From contig CAVVKN010000009.1 in assembly GCA_963748825.1 (NCBI GenBank), forward strand, positions 160,001 through 224,000: 64,000 bases of DNA, read 5' to 3'. A program made the translations under genes and the position numbers. The notes beneath the pieces were generated by a model, which was not told the DNA's origin, searched no databases, and worked only from the letters and a program-made list of their open reading frames with translations. This DNA comes from Methanotrichaceae archaeon (GTDB lineage: Archaea; Halobacteriota; Methanosarcinia; Methanotrichales; Methanotrichaceae). Shown here piece after piece: positions 10,910-21,354 of the stretch; within the stretch, counting starts at the first letter, position 1, and each line of letters begins with the position of its first letter.

Positions 10910-12290
10910 TCACTTCTTCGCTGCGTACTTGGGGTGGTATAGCTTGATGTATTTGTCATCAATCCTGGTGAGCATTGCTTCCGGCAGGTCTGCCAGGAGA
11001 TCCCATCCGATCTGGAGGGTGTCAAAGATAGACCTATCCTCATCTCTGCCCTGATTGACGAATCTCTTCTCGAACTTATCTGCGAACTCCAGCACCAATT
11101 TATCGCGCTCTGAGAGAGCCTCCTTGCCGACGATGGCCGCGAGACCGCGCAGATCATTGCCCTCTGCATAGTAAGCATAGAGCTGATCCGATACTGCCCT
11201 GTGATCCTCGCGAGTGTGGCCCTTGCCGATTCCAGAGTTCATGAGGCGGGACAGCGAGGGGCGGATGTCGACGGGCGGATAGATGCCCTTTCTGTGCAGC
11301 TCTCGGGAAATCGAGGATCTGGCCCTCGGTGATGTACCCGGACAGATCCGGGATGGGGTGAGTGATGTCGTCGCCGGGCATGGTCAGGATGGGGAACTGG
11401 GTGATGGAACCCTTTCTGCCCTTGATGATTCCGGCCCTCTCGTACTGGATGGCCAGGTCTGTATACATGTATCCTGGATAGCCGCGTCGTCCGGGCACCT
11501 CTTCACGAGCAGCGCCCATCTGTCTGAGCGACTCGCAGTAGTTGGTCATGTCCGTGTAGATGATGAGCACGTGCATGTCCAGATCGAAGGCAAGATACTC
11601 AGCGGTGGTCAAGCCCAGCCTGGGTGTCAGAATCCTCTCTACGGCCGGGTCGTCGGCCAGGTTGAGGAACACCACTGCCCTCTCCAGAGCACCTGTTCTC
11701 TCGAAGTCAGCCAGGAAGTGCTGAGCCTCCTCGTTGGTGATGCCCATGGCGCAGAAGATAACTGCGAACGACTCGGCTTCGCCCAAGGCCTTGGCTTGCC
11801 TGGCAATCTGCAGAGCAAGGTCGTTGTGAGGCAGACCTGCACCGGAGAAGATAGGCAGCTTCTGGCCGCGCACCAGTGTGTTGGTGCCGTCGATGGTGGA
11901 GATGCCGGTCTGGATAAAAGCGCGCGGCTTCTCACGGGAAGCTGGATTGATGGCAGCTCCTGCAATATCTCTCAATACCTCTGGAACAATTTCCGGCCCG
12001 CCGTCTCTAGGCTTTCCGGATCCGGATAGAACGCGTCCCACAATGGCGGGAGACAGAGGCATCTTGATGACGTCTCCGGTGAAACTGACGGCAGAATCCT
12101 TGGACAGACCGCCGGTTCCCTCGAATACCTGGATAACCACGATCTCATCGGAGGAATCCAGCACCTGCCCTCTCTTCAGCTCTCCGCCCGTTCTGATCTC
12201 GACGAGCTCCATGTAGCCCACAGGCTCAGTCTTCTCTACGAAGAGGAGTGGTCCGGAGATCTCAGTAATAGTCTTGTATTCCTTTGTCAT
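10910..12290 (-). CDS. atpB: A-type ATP synthase subunit B, frameshifted near 11312
   Basis: [23 protein letters not shown] and ITEGQI motifs. Removing one base restores [27 protein letters not shown], joining ORF 10910..11242. Confidence 0.95.
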
Positions 12291-12302
12291 TTTGAACCCA
12301 CC

Positions 12303-14033
12303 TCACTTCAGCGCCTTGAACTCGGCGTCCATCTGAGCCAAAACCTTTGCAAGGATGGGCTCATACTCGGCTTCCAGCCTCACCTTGGCCAGAGCATCCT
12401 TGGATGGAACAGATGTAATCTGCGACACAGGTATGCCCTTCTGGACTGCATCGAAGGCATAGTCTCTGTACTTCAGGATTGCATCCAATAGATCGTACTG
12501 CTTCTTGTAGGGACAGAATGTGTCTACGGGGTGGAATGCGCTCTGTGCCAGCCAGAAGTTGATGATCATCCTGGCAACTTCCAGTGTGACCTGCTGATCC
12601 TCAGGAAGGGCATCGGAACCCACGAGCATCACGATCTCTTCCAGCTCGGCATTCTCTTGCAGTATGGCCATGGCCCGTCTCTTGTTCTTGTTCCAGTTCG
12701 GGCTTACATTCTCCACGAACCAAGGCTCGAGGATCTGGTCGTATAGAGAATAGGAATCCAGCCAGTTGATAGACGGGAAGTGACGCCGCTGAGTTAGCTT
12801 AGAGTCCAGTGCCCAGAATACCTTGACCATTCTCAGTGTGTTCTGAGTGACGGGCTCGGTGAAGTCTCCGCCGGCAGGGGAAACAGCACCTACAATGCTG
12901 ACAGAACCCTGGCCGCCGTTCAAAACCTCGGCACGTCCGGCACGCTCGTAGAAGTCGGCGAGTCTGGCACCCAGGTAAGCGGGATAGCCTTCTTCACCAG
13001 GCATCTCTTCTAGACGCGAGCCCATCTCTCTCATGGCCTCTGCCCACCTGGAAGTGGAGTCAGCGGTCATCAGGACGTCGTAGCCCATATCTCTGTAGTA
13101 CTCTGACGTGGTCATTCCGGTGTAAACGGAAGCCTCACGAGCAGCCACAGGCATGTTGGAGGTATTGGCGTAAACGATGGACCTCTCCATGAGGGGTCTG
13201 CCGGTCCTGGGATCCTGCAGCTCGGGGAACTCATGCAGAAGATCGGCCATCTCATTGCCGCGCTCGCCGCATCCCACATAAACCACAATATCAACATCTG
13301 CCCACTTGGACAGGGTCTGCTGCATAACCGTCTTTCCGGTACCAAATCCGCCTGGAATGGCTGCAGTTCCGCCCTTGGCCAGGGAGAAGAATCCGTCCAC
13401 TACCCTCTGTCCTGTTCTCAGGGGAATGGTGGGTGCCAGCTTTGCGGTAACAGGCCGAGCCTGTCTTACCGGCCACTTGTGCATCATGGTGAGCTTTGTC
13501 CCGTCCTCAAAGACGAGAACTGTCTCATCGACGTTGAAGTTTCCAGAGTAGATCTCCTTGACAGTTCCGCCCTTATTCTTGGGTGGGACCATGATCTTAT
13601 GCTTGATGAGCAGCTGCTCCTGAACCTCACCAAAGCATTGCCCAGGCTTTAGGACATCTCCCTTCTTAACTATGGGCTTGAACTCCCACTTTTTCTTATG
13701 ATCAATGCCGTCAACGAATAGGCCTCGGCTGATGAAGTCTCCCGACATCTCTGCCAGCTTGGGCAGTGGCCTTTGAATACCGTCGTAAATCTGGGTCAGA
13801 ATGCCTGGACCCAGTTGTGCTACGAGCGGAGCTCCTGTCTCCTTGACGGGCTCGCCGGGCCGCACGCCGCCCGTATCCTCGTATACCTGAATGATATGTT
13901 TATTGCCGGAAATGCCGATGACTTCGCTCATCAGGCCTTCCTCGCCGACCAGGACCAGGTCGTACATGGAAGCCTTCAGGCCCGTTGCCTGAACTAGTGG
14001 TCCGGCGACTCGCTTTATTTTACCTACTTCCAT
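12303..14033 (-). CDS. atpA: A-type ATP synthase subunit A
   Basis: Walker [18 protein letters not shown] and [10 protein letters not shown]; 576 aa, so no intein. Confidence 0.98.
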   Translation of the reverse strand: MEVGKIKRVAGPLVQATGLKASMYDLVLVGEEGLMSEVIGISGNKHIIQVYEDTGGVRPGEPVKETGAPLVAQLGPGILTQIYDGIQRPLPKLAEMSGDFISRGLFVDGIDHKKKWEFKPIVKKGDVLKPGQCFGEVQEQLLIKHKIMVPPKNKGGTVKEIYSGNFNVDETVLVFEDGTKLTMMHKWPVRQARPVTAKLAPTIPLRTGQRVVDGFFSLAKGGTAAIPGGFGTGKTVMQQTLSKWADVDIVVYVGCGERGNEMADLLHEFPELQDPRTGRPLMERSIVYANTSNMPVAAREASVYTGMTTSEYYRDMGYDVLMTADSTSRWAEAMREMGSRLEEMPGEEGYPAYLGARLADFYERAGRAEVLNGGQGSVSIVGAVSPAGGDFTEPVTQNTLRMVKVFWALDSKLTQRRHFPSINWLDSYSLYDQILEPWFVENVSPNWNKNKRRAMAILQENAELEEIVMLVGSDALPEDQQVTLEVARMIINFWLAQSAFHPVDTFCPYKKQYDLLDAILKYRDYAFDAVQKGIPVSQITSVPSKDALAKVRLEAEYEPILAKVLAQMDAEFKALK

Positions 14034-14323
14034 AAATCAACACCTATTGCCCTCTTAATCTTCTCTCTCATCTCTGTGCTCTGCTCGGTTCCGATAGAAA
14101 TTATGGTAGGCTTGATCGACTCGGAGAGCTGCTCTTGAAGCCTCTTGGGCAGCTTATTGTAATCCGATTGCTTCAAGACCAGAATTCCCACATTGGAATC
14201 AGCCATGACTGCGCCAATCTTTGAGACCATCTCCTCTTCGGTGTTGGCCTCATAAGATTTCTTTATTCCTGCCAGATTGAACCCGAGGACGCTATCGCTG
14301 CCTCCCACAAAAGCAATCTCCAT
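14024..14323 (-). CDS. atpF: A-type ATP synthase subunit F
   Basis: GFNLAGI and [10 protein letters not shown] motifs; operon position. Confidence 0.95.
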   Translation of the reverse strand: MEIAFVGGSDSVLGFNLAGIKKSYEANTEEEMVSKIGAVMADSNVGILVLKQSDYNKLPKRLQEQLSESIKPTIISIGTEQSTEMREKIKRAIGVDLWK

Positions 14324-14325
14324 TT

Positions 14326-15384
14326 TTACGCCACCACCACTTGCTCCTCGATGAGTTCGGCAGGAAGTCCAGCTTCCTTTCCTCTCACAATCTTCCTGAT
14401 GTTGGAAACCTCAGTCTCTTTGCTCACCATATAGCCGAGCACCGGCAAGATAGATAACGGATGATAGTTGGAAAGAGCCCACGCATACCGGATGAGATAC
14501 GCCCTTAGCCTGGCCTCAATTCTGCTGACCGCATCCAGATCTACAGATGCGATGTCCGAAATGGAGGACCAGAAGGGATATCCTTCAAGCCCGCGCAGGA
14601 ACTCGCCGAAAGGCTGACCGGCCATCCGGCTCAGCTCTCCATGCAGCTTGCCTCCGGGGATGAGATTCTCTTGTATCACGGCTGCATCGATGCCTGCCTT
14701 GTTCATCCTGAAGAGAGTGATCAAATTTCTTATATCGACCTCTCTTCGGACGTACTTGAGCAGCAGGCCTCCGCCCACAGATAGAGTTCCGCCCACGGCC
14801 AGCTCCATTCTGAAGTAATAGAGCTTGTCGAGAGCATTCTCCAACGATGCCAAATTCTTGCCGTCGTATTGCGCCAGTGCGCTGGAATAGTCTGTTCCAT
14901 CAAAGGCCGATATGATGTCGGTTATGGACTCCTTCTTGGCCAGCTCCTCGAGGCGCTCTGCGGATAACTCACCAGCCGGCACGAGATGTTTCACTATCTC
15001 AGTGTCGGTGGCCCCGTAGAACTTGCCGCGTAGGAGCGTCTTGATGTTCCACACATCCCAGCGCCGGAGGTACTCCAGAATCAGGAATGAGGGCTCATCT
15101 ATTGAGACCTCCTCGAGCCTCCTGAAGGTCTTTGCCATATTGGCAAAGGTGGCGTGTTCGATGAGATCCACACCGGAGTAGTCCTTGGATAACGCGTCGA
15201 TCTCATCCTTATACTGGGTCTCTTCCAGGTAGCGGGCGATCTCAGACATATCCATATTCATCATCCTGGCATACATCTCCGCCGGGACGAGCTTTGTCTT
15301 CATCGCCCTGACTCTGCCCGTGATGTAAGCGTACTTCACCGGTGAACCGAACTTCGGCAAACGTAGTACTGGCATCGTCCTCAC
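14326..15384 (-). CDS. atpC: A-type ATP synthase subunit C
   Basis: [20 protein letters not shown] and [12 protein letters not shown] motifs. Confidence 0.95.
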   Translation of the reverse strand: MRTMPVLRLPKFGSPVKYAYITGRVRAMKTKLVPAEMYARMMNMDMSEIARYLEETQYKDEIDALSKDYSGVDLIEHATFANMAKTFRRLEEVSIDEPSFLILEYLRRWDVWNIKTLLRGKFYGATDTEIVKHLVPAGELSAERLEELAKKESITDIISAFDGTDYSSALAQYDGKNLASLENALDKLYYFRMELAVGGTLSVGGGLLLKYVRREVDIRNLITLFRMNKAGIDAAVIQENLIPGGKLHGELSRMAGQPFGEFLRGLEGYPFWSSISDIASVDLDAVSRIEARLRAYLIRYAWALSNYHPLSILPVLGYMVSKETEVSNIRKIVRGKEAGLPAELIEEQVVVA

Positions 15385-15929
15385 CCGAATAAGATCCTGG
15401 AAACCTCTTTCATGCGGTTATTAAAGACCTCACGCGCAAGAGTTTCGTAGGTTAAATCGTAACGCAGAGCTCCATCACTGCTCTCAACCACAGCGCCGCC
15501 TATGATGTCCAGGTTCCCGCCATAATTTGAGGCGAGAGAGGTTATGAAGGCCTCATCTCTCTTGTTGGAGAAGACCTTCATTTCCTTGAGATCGTGAGGC
15601 TCGAGCAGCTTTTTGAGCATGGCTTCGTTATCCTTCTTCGGAAGATTCTGCAGCTTCTGAAGCAGCTTCGTCCTAGCCTGCTCAAGGAGATCCTTGTGAA
15701 CATTCAACTCCGCTCTCTTGACCTCGAGATTGGCGCTGGAGATCTCCCTGCGCTCTATAGCCTCAATCGTGTGTCCAACCTCTGCTTCCTTTCTGGACTT
15801 TATCTCAGCGGCACGTTCCCTAGCTTCGTTGAGTGCCCTTGCAACCTCTTGGTCGGCTTCACTGGTTATCTGAGCGACCTTTTCCTTGCTTGTTGCCAGG
15901 ACTGACTCAACCACTGCATCTAGTGCCAT
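15381..15929 (-). CDS. atpE: A-type ATP synthase subunit E
   Basis: Coiled-coil N-terminus, [12 protein letters not shown]...DLTYE, C-terminal ILFG; operon position. Confidence 0.93.
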   Translation of the reverse strand: MALDAVVESVLATSKEKVAQITSEADQEVARALNEARERAAEIKSRKEAEVGHTIEAIERREISSANLEVKRAELNVHKDLLEQARTKLLQKLQNLPKKDNEAMLKKLLEPHDLKEMKVFSNKRDEAFITSLASNYGGNLDIIGGAVVESSDGALRYDLTYETLAREVFNNRMKEVSRILFG

Positions 15930-15959
15930 TGCCTCTTACACTCCTTGTAATTGGCTAGC

Positions 15960-16226
15960 TTAGGGTGTCACGATGCCAGAGAAGGGTGTCCAGGCGAACA
16001 TCAGAATCAGCGATACTGCGAGACCGAAGATGATCAGTGTCTCGGGCAGAAGCATGAGGAACAGACCCTTGCCCAGAAATCCGGGCTCCTCAGCCACAAC
16101 GCCAACCACAGCAGCGCCGATACCCTGTTCACCCATACCAGCACCAATGCCTGCTAATCCGGTAGCCAAGCCTGCGCCGACAGCCAACAATCCATACAAT
16201 ATTCCTGCATCTGCTACAACTGCCAT
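15960..16226 (-). CDS. atpK: A-type ATP synthase proteolipid subunit K (c), single hairpin
   Basis: Gly-rich helix GLAGIGAGMGE and LPETLIIFG with the ion-binding Glu; GGAGG upstream of the ATG at 16226. Confidence 0.95.
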   Translation of the reverse strand: MAVVADAGILYGLLAVGAGLATGLAGIGAGMGEQGIGAAVVGVVAEEPGFLGKGLFLMLLPETLIIFGLAVSLILMFAWTPFSGIVTP

Positions 16227-16293
16227 TTTCCTCAATCCTCCTTTATATGAATATTACAATTTGCATTCGATCTTTCAATTCGTTCTATCGAAT

Positions 16294-18336
16294 TCATGCT
16301 TTCAGGAACCTCCGGACATGTCCGAAGGGACTGTACTCCACTCCACCGCCATGTGCGCTGTAGAACTTCGTGAACATCTCCACATAATGCAACCTGAGAG
16401 GATGCATGAAGGGAGAGAGAATTCCCAGCAGGAAGTTGATGAAGTGCACTACGACCAGTATCATGACACCAACGATGATGGCAGGTATCGTGAACTCAGC
16501 GCTGTTGGTCGCTCCGCCGCTCAGCATGGGCATTATGACGTAGAAGGCCAGCTGGTTAGCAGCATACGCCAGACCCACCGAAGCAAGGCCGATGGCTAAT
16601 AACCTAAGATAGGATATTAGGTTGCTCACATAGAATGGCATGTGGGCAATGCTCATAGGCCCTTCCGGTCCCATTATCAGCATCACTATGGCGACTAAAA
16701 TTACGACAGCACTTGCAATTACCAACATCATCTGACCTATGACAAGTCCAAGCACAAGCAATCCAAAGAATATTTGGACGAGCATCACAGGAAATCTCTC
16801 GAAATAGGCATGCTTCTTCTCGCCGTAGGCCAGCTCCGTCTTGATGCCCAAGATAGAACCAACGCTGCAGTGAATAATGCCTATGATGACACTAGTACCG
16901 ATCAATAACAAAACCGCGTTACTTGCCAGCCGGTCCAGGGGGAAAATATCAATTCCCGGCCAAAATCCGATTCTTCCCAGCGAGCCAAAAACACCTTCAC
17001 CGAAATAGAGACCAGCCTGTTGTGCCATCTCCATCTCATGCTCGGATATGTGTCCCATGATCCTGCCCCATAGACCTAAGGGGCCAAAGATCTCGCCGAA
17101 GAATATGCCGAATATGATAGCCCACACGCTGGAAATCAAAACGACGTTGATCAACTGCTGCCAGCCAGGTGTTTTGAACTTCCTCTTCAGAAGCACCATA
17201 GTCAGAAACGCCATGACGCCATAGCCGATATCACCCAGAATCATGCCGAACATGATTGGGAAGAATACGAATATCAGCAATGACGGATCGAACTCCTTAT
17301 ACTCGGGAATGGCGAACATCCTTGTTACCAGTTCGTAAGGCTTGACCAGGCTGGGATTATCCATCTGGGTCGGTATGTCTTCGCCCTTCTCGACAAGTTC
17401 GTCTGTCTCTTTATCTGCGATCAACGAAACTTCAAGCTTGCCGCCAGCTGCGCTCTCCAGCTCGCTCTTGAGCCTGCTGAATTGATCTGCTGGAACATAC
17501 CCATCTATAACGAAGGCGTTGGCCGTCTCAGCAAACCTGAGTGGTACCTCTGTCTTCTGGGTCTGCATGGACAGAAACTCGTCCGTTGCCAGCATCAGAT
17601 CTTCATACTGCTTCTTCATGTCGGCAAGCTTCTTTTGGAGCGGCACTTTTTCGCCTTCCAAGGATTTGATGCTGCCTTCAAGAGTAGCAATCGCCGAATC
17701 TACATTGCCTTCCAGCCTGGGTACGGATGTCTCAGAAAACCCATGTTCGGAAAGGACTGAAGATACTTCGCCGGCCTTTTCCGCAGGCACAAATATTGCT
17801 ACAAAAGTTGCATTCTTGGCGCTTCCGGAATATACCTCATTTACAGGAGATACCCTCGCTACATCGGCATCAACTGGTGTTGTTGCTGTGCCGACAAAGG
17901 TCGCCAGAGAATCATAACCATAGTAAGCTTCTAAAGGCAGCGGCAAGACAGCCAAAGGAGTCAGAGACTTGATCTGATCCTGTTTGGACTTTACTTCTGC
18001 GTCGATGGCAACGATGCGCTCGTATGTAGTAGTAACATCCGCGCCGACGTTATTGAGAAGATTATCCAGCTCCGATAGAACCTGGCTCTCGGGATATGCC
18101 TTATCAGGAAACTTCTTATTTAGTGCAAGGTACCTGGTGACAGATCTGAGCTTAATAAGATCCTCGGAGTATTCTTTGGCTTTGCCAATGGGCTTGCCCA
18201 TCTCAAACTGAGGTTGGCTGCCATTATAGTTAACAATGTGGAGCAAGCGCAACTCATGCAGCTTTTCTACAACTGGAGATATTACGTTCTTTGACCCGGC
18301 GACGACTACACGACTCATCTTTACGGGTCTAAGCAT
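16294..18336 (-). CDS. atpI: A-type ATP synthase subunit I (a)
   Basis: MLRPVKMS, GDIGYG, SYLRLLAIGLA and HPLRLHYVEMFTKFY motifs. Confidence 0.97.
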   Translation of the reverse strand: MLRPVKMSRVVVAGSKNVISPVVEKLHELRLLHIVNYNGSQPQFEMGKPIGKAKEYSEDLIKLRSVTRYLALNKKFPDKAYPESQVLSELDNLLNNVGADVTTTYERIVAIDAEVKSKQDQIKSLTPLAVLPLPLEAYYGYDSLATFVGTATTPVDADVARVSPVNEVYSGSAKNATFVAIFVPAEKAGEVSSVLSEHGFSETSVPRLEGNVDSAIATLEGSIKSLEGEKVPLQKKLADMKKQYEDLMLATDEFLSMQTQKTEVPLRFAETANAFVIDGYVPADQFSRLKSELESAAGGKLEVSLIADKETDELVEKGEDIPTQMDNPSLVKPYELVTRMFAIPEYKEFDPSLLIFVFFPIMFGMILGDIGYGVMAFLTMVLLKRKFKTPGWQQLINVVLISSVWAIIFGIFFGEIFGPLGLWGRIMGHISEHEMEMAQQAGLYFGEGVFGSLGRIGFWPGIDIFPLDRLASNAVLLLIGTSVIIGIIHCSVGSILGIKTELAYGEKKHAYFERFPVMLVQIFFGLLVLGLVIGQMMLVIASAVVILVAIVMLIMGPEGPMSIAHMPFYVSNLISYLRLLAIGLASVGLAYAANQLAFYVIMPMLSGGATNSAEFTIPAIIVGVMILVVVHFINFLLGILSPFMHPLRLHYVEMFTKFYSAHGGGVEYSPFGHVRRFLKA

Positions 18337-18655
18337 GCAACAACCCCATGAACTCCTTTATCAAATATTCAACCGCTTTGTCCAGCTTTGCGCTGGCGCT
18401 GCCGCTCATTGAACTTACGTTCTTCTCACCGCTGTTAACGATCGATGCTTTCTTGGATTTCACATCGCTATCAGCTTTGGCAACGCTCTTGTCATAGTAG
18501 TCCTGTGCATCCGACTCGGCGGATTTGACAAGGTTTGCAGCTTCAGTAGTGGCAGCGGCTATCTTTTTTTCCTTCTCATCCAAGGCCCGCTGGACTGCTG
18601 CCTTGGCTTCAGCCTCTGCCGATTTAATTTTCGATAAGATATCGTCTCTAGCCAT
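18329..18655 (-). CDS. atpH: A-type ATP synthase subunit H
   Basis: 108-aa Ala/Lys/Glu-rich coiled coil; first gene of the operon. Confidence 0.85.
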   Translation of the reverse strand: MARDDILSKIKSAEAEAKAAVQRALDEKEKKIAAATTEAANLVKSAESDAQDYYDKSVAKADSDVKSKKASIVNSGEKNVSSMSGSASAKLDKAVEYLIKEFMGLLHA

Positions 18656-18757
18656 CTGATCCCTCTACTTCTTCCCTCACTACACCTCTTGCGTTTTTCA
18701 AACAGCGCTACATCACTTTAGGCTCGTGATAAACGTTCAGATCCATCCTCATCTACC

Positions 18758-18773
18758 AATATAAACTCTTCGG
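18758..18773 (-). promoter_or_regulatory. Archaeal BRE-TATA promoter of the atp operon
   Basis: The minus strand reads CCGAAGAG-TTTATATT about 100 nt upstream of atpH. Confidence 0.55.
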
Positions 18774-18810
18774 TTTTGATTTGAGGAGAGGCTAAGTATT
18801 ATCTTTCCTC

Positions 18811-19974
18811 TTAGGAACCCCAAAATCTCAAGGCTGTTTCCAGCTCTTTGTGGTCTTTTGCGTATTCTTTTAGGGGAATATGCTTCATCCAGGCATCCGT
18901 CGCCTGCACCATAGCCCTTGCACCGGCAGTAGTCCCATCGGGATGGCCGTGCACCCCTCCGCCTGCCTGGATGATGCAATCAATGCCATAGCCGTCCAAA
19001 TTTCCATGAACTTTGGCCGGATAGACCCCGCCCGAGGCCACCGGGAAGACTCTCTTGTAGCCGTGCCAATCTCCTCGCAGAGCATCACGGGAGAGGTCGT
19101 TTTCCTGGGTTTCGCGCGCCATCTTGCCCATGTAGCTTCCCGTATGCAAGTTGGTGCCCCCCGTCATGCGCACCAGCTTGGATATCACCAACATGGCAAT
19201 TCCGTGCCCTTTGTCTCTGGTAAAGGCACCGTGCATGGTTCTGTGAACATGTATGGGGACACTCATGTTCTTTGATAGAACCTCCAGTGCAGAAAAGCCG
19301 CTCGTCAGGACATCGATCATAACCATGTTGGCGCCATGATCTACGGCCTGCTCTGCGCGCTCCAGGATCTTATCGCAGTCGGCAGTGACATTCACCGCAT
19401 AGAATGCCTTCTTGCCCGTCTCCGTCTCCACTTTGTCCAAGGCGCTCATGACCGCCTCCAGCCTCGGGATGAGCGGGCAGAAGCTCTGATCGGTCAGTGT
19501 CTCGTCGTCTTTGACCAGGTCCAGTCCGCCGCGAACAGCCGCTGCTGCTACAGCCGCGGTGCCAGCCGGGTCCAAACCCACCTTGGGCTTGACGATGGTG
19601 CCAACCAATGGACGGCCATAAACTCCTAAGATTTTTCTTGCGTCTTCAATGCCGAAGCGAGGGCCTTTATGCGCAGCAAGCAGACTCTCCGGGAAGATGA
19701 CATCCTGCAGCCGTACCTTTTTCAGATCGCCCAGGCCGAATAGATTTCCCGCCACCACAGAGAGGTACTGAGGGATGTTTCCCGGCTCGAAAAGCTCCTC
19801 GGGAAAGCCGATCTCGACATTGCTGCCCTCTGCCAGGATCACCCTCGCCGCGAGGGGGTTGTCCTGGCCCCGCACCGCGGTCCAGGTGCCCGTGGACTGC
19901 TCTGCAGCTATAGCCTCCGCCGCTTTCTGAATGGGAAGGTCTGTTTCTACATGATATTTTGCAATCAGTTCCAT
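18811..19974 (-). CDS. rbcL: RuBisCO large subunit, form III
   Basis: AAEQSTGTW, GNLFG, KPKVG, GGLDLVKDDE, HVHRTMHG, LHTG..GKM, VASGG and QAGGG: the catalytic residues are retained, so this is not a RuBisCO-like protein. The likely start is the ATG at 19974. Confidence 0.92.
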   Translation of the reverse strand: MELIAKYHVETDLPIQKAAEAIAAEQSTGTWTAVRGQDNPLAARVILAEGSNVEIGFPEELFEPGNIPQYLSVVAGNLFGLGDLKKVRLQDVIFPESLLAAHKGPRFGIEDARKILGVYGRPLVGTIVKPKVGLDPAGTAAVAAAAVRGGLDLVKDDETLTDQSFCPLIPRLEAVMSALDKVETETGKKAFYAVNVTADCDKILERAEQAVDHGANMVMIDVLTSGFSALEVLSKNMSVPIHVHRTMHGAFTRDKGHGIAMLVISKLVRMTGGTNLHTGSYMGKMARETQENDLSRDALRGDWHGYKRVFPVASGGVYPAKVHGNLDGYGIDCIIQAGGGVHGHPDGTTAGARAMVQATDAWMKHIPLKEYAKDHKELETALRFWGS

Positions 19975-20188
19975 ACTACTGCTCCTGATGTCTATTCTCA
20001 GCCAGCTGGACCCTTCCGCCATCTGGATAATTCCTTCTCAAAATGACATCGAGTCTTCATTGGCCAATTCAGAGCATAGATGAGTCTCTGGCAGATATAA
20101 GAACTCCTGCCGGAGAGACTTAAGATTGTGTAGTCCCGAAACTATTGAGATAATATATCCATCACTGTGCATGGGAAAGAAGAATAAA

Positions 20189-20280
20189 ACCGGAACAACC
20201 GAGATTCAGCGGCCTCCGGTTTCCAGAACATGATCTATGACAGAAGAGGTTTCACTGCTGAGCTGCGGCAAAAATTATGG
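20189..20280 (+). repeat. Degenerate intergenic copy of part of the downstream aldolase gene
   Basis: CCGGTTTCCAGAACATGATCTATGACAG (28 nt) is identical at 20216-20243 and 22412-22439, with gapped similarity on both flanks. Confidence 0.85.
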
Positions 20281-20380
20281 AAAATTCTGGCAAACAGCAA
20301 TTAGAGGATGAAGCAGATTTTTTTCGGTACGGGGGGCAACATATTTATTATTAGAGAAAAACCTACAGACTGCCAAAAAA

Positions 20381-21334
20381 ATGTCAGGAGAATCTATGGG
20401 TGAAGGCATAAATGATCACACTCGATGCATCGTTGATCTGAGGCGCCACATGTGGATGGATGGCATCGAGGAGGAATTGCGGCGGCTAATCTGGCAGATT
20501 GCCGTGGTCGGCAAATATATTTCTGCAAAAATCCACGAATCCAACCGCAAGCTGGCCGGCTTCAAGAATGTTTACGGCGAGGATCAGTTGGCGCTGGACC
20601 GCATTTCCGACGACATATTGAAAAATATGCTACGGAACTCCGGATTTGTTCGCGAGTATGCCTCCGAGGAGCTCGAAGATATCGTCACCATCGGTCACGG
20701 GGAGGAAAAATATATTGTTACCGCCGATCCGGTGGACGGTTCTTCACTGGTAGATACTAATCTGGCCATCGGAACGATCATCGGCATCCACAAAAATTCA
20801 CTATTTGACACCGGCCGGAATTCAATGGTCGCCGCTCTTTATATTACTTACGGCCCGCTCATCACTATGATTTATTCGGCCGGAAAGGGGGTACATGAGT
20901 TTGTATTGGACCGCGAAGGAGAGTATGTCCTGTCCGAGGAAAATATCCGGCTCAAGGAGAAGGGGTCGATCTTTTCACCTGGCGGTCTGCGCAAGGACTG
21001 GACGGACAACCATCTGAAGTATATCGATAAGCTGGAGGCAGACGGCTACAAGCTGCGCTACAGCGGTGGGTTTGTTCCCGACATCAACCAGCTGATCATC
21101 AAGAGGGGGGGCATATTCACGTATCCTGCACTGAGGAAATCGCCCCAGGGGAAGCTGCGGTTGCTGTTTGAACTTCAGCCTATGGCCTTCATCGTGGAGC
21201 AGGCCGGCGGCAGGGCTACGGACGGGAAAGATGATATTCTTTCCCTCAAAGTGACGTCTGTTAATCAACGGTCACCCATCTACATCGGATCGTCTGCGGA
21301 AGTGGCAATGGCGGGGCAATTCCTCTCGCAATAA
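20381..21334 (+). CDS. fbp: Fructose-1,6-bisphosphatase class I
   Basis: ASEE, DPVDGSS, LRYSGGFVPD and GKLRLLFELQPMAF motifs. Confidence 0.93.
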   Translation: MSGESMGEGINDHTRCIVDLRRHMWMDGIEEELRRLIWQIAVVGKYISAKIHESNRKLAGFKNVYGEDQLALDRISDDILKNMLRNSGFVREYASEELEDIVTIGHGEEKYIVTADPVDGSSLVDTNLAIGTIIGIHKNSLFDTGRNSMVAALYITYGPLITMIYSAGKGVHEFVLDREGEYVLSEENIRLKEKGSIFSPGGLRKDWTDNHLKYIDKLEADGYKLRYSGGFVPDINQLIIKRGGIFTYPALRKSPQGKLRLLFELQPMAFIVEQAGGRATDGKDDILSLKVTSVNQRSPIYIGSSAEVAMAGQFLSQ

Positions 21335-21354
21335 ATACATTCAGAGGAGCAGCA

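Noticed and set aside
10906-11178. Extended atpD N-terminus suggesting an atpB-atpD overlap or fusion
   Set aside because: It is an alternative frame over the atpB 3' end; the real start is 10905.
11300-11320. Programmed frameshift in atpB
   Set aside because: There is no slippery sequence, and it has the same +1 signature as the other probable consensus errors.
18811-19974. RuBisCO-like protein (form IV) assignment
   Set aside because: The catalytic motifs, including KPK, KDDE, HR, loop-6 Lys and SGG, are intact, as in a true form III enzyme.
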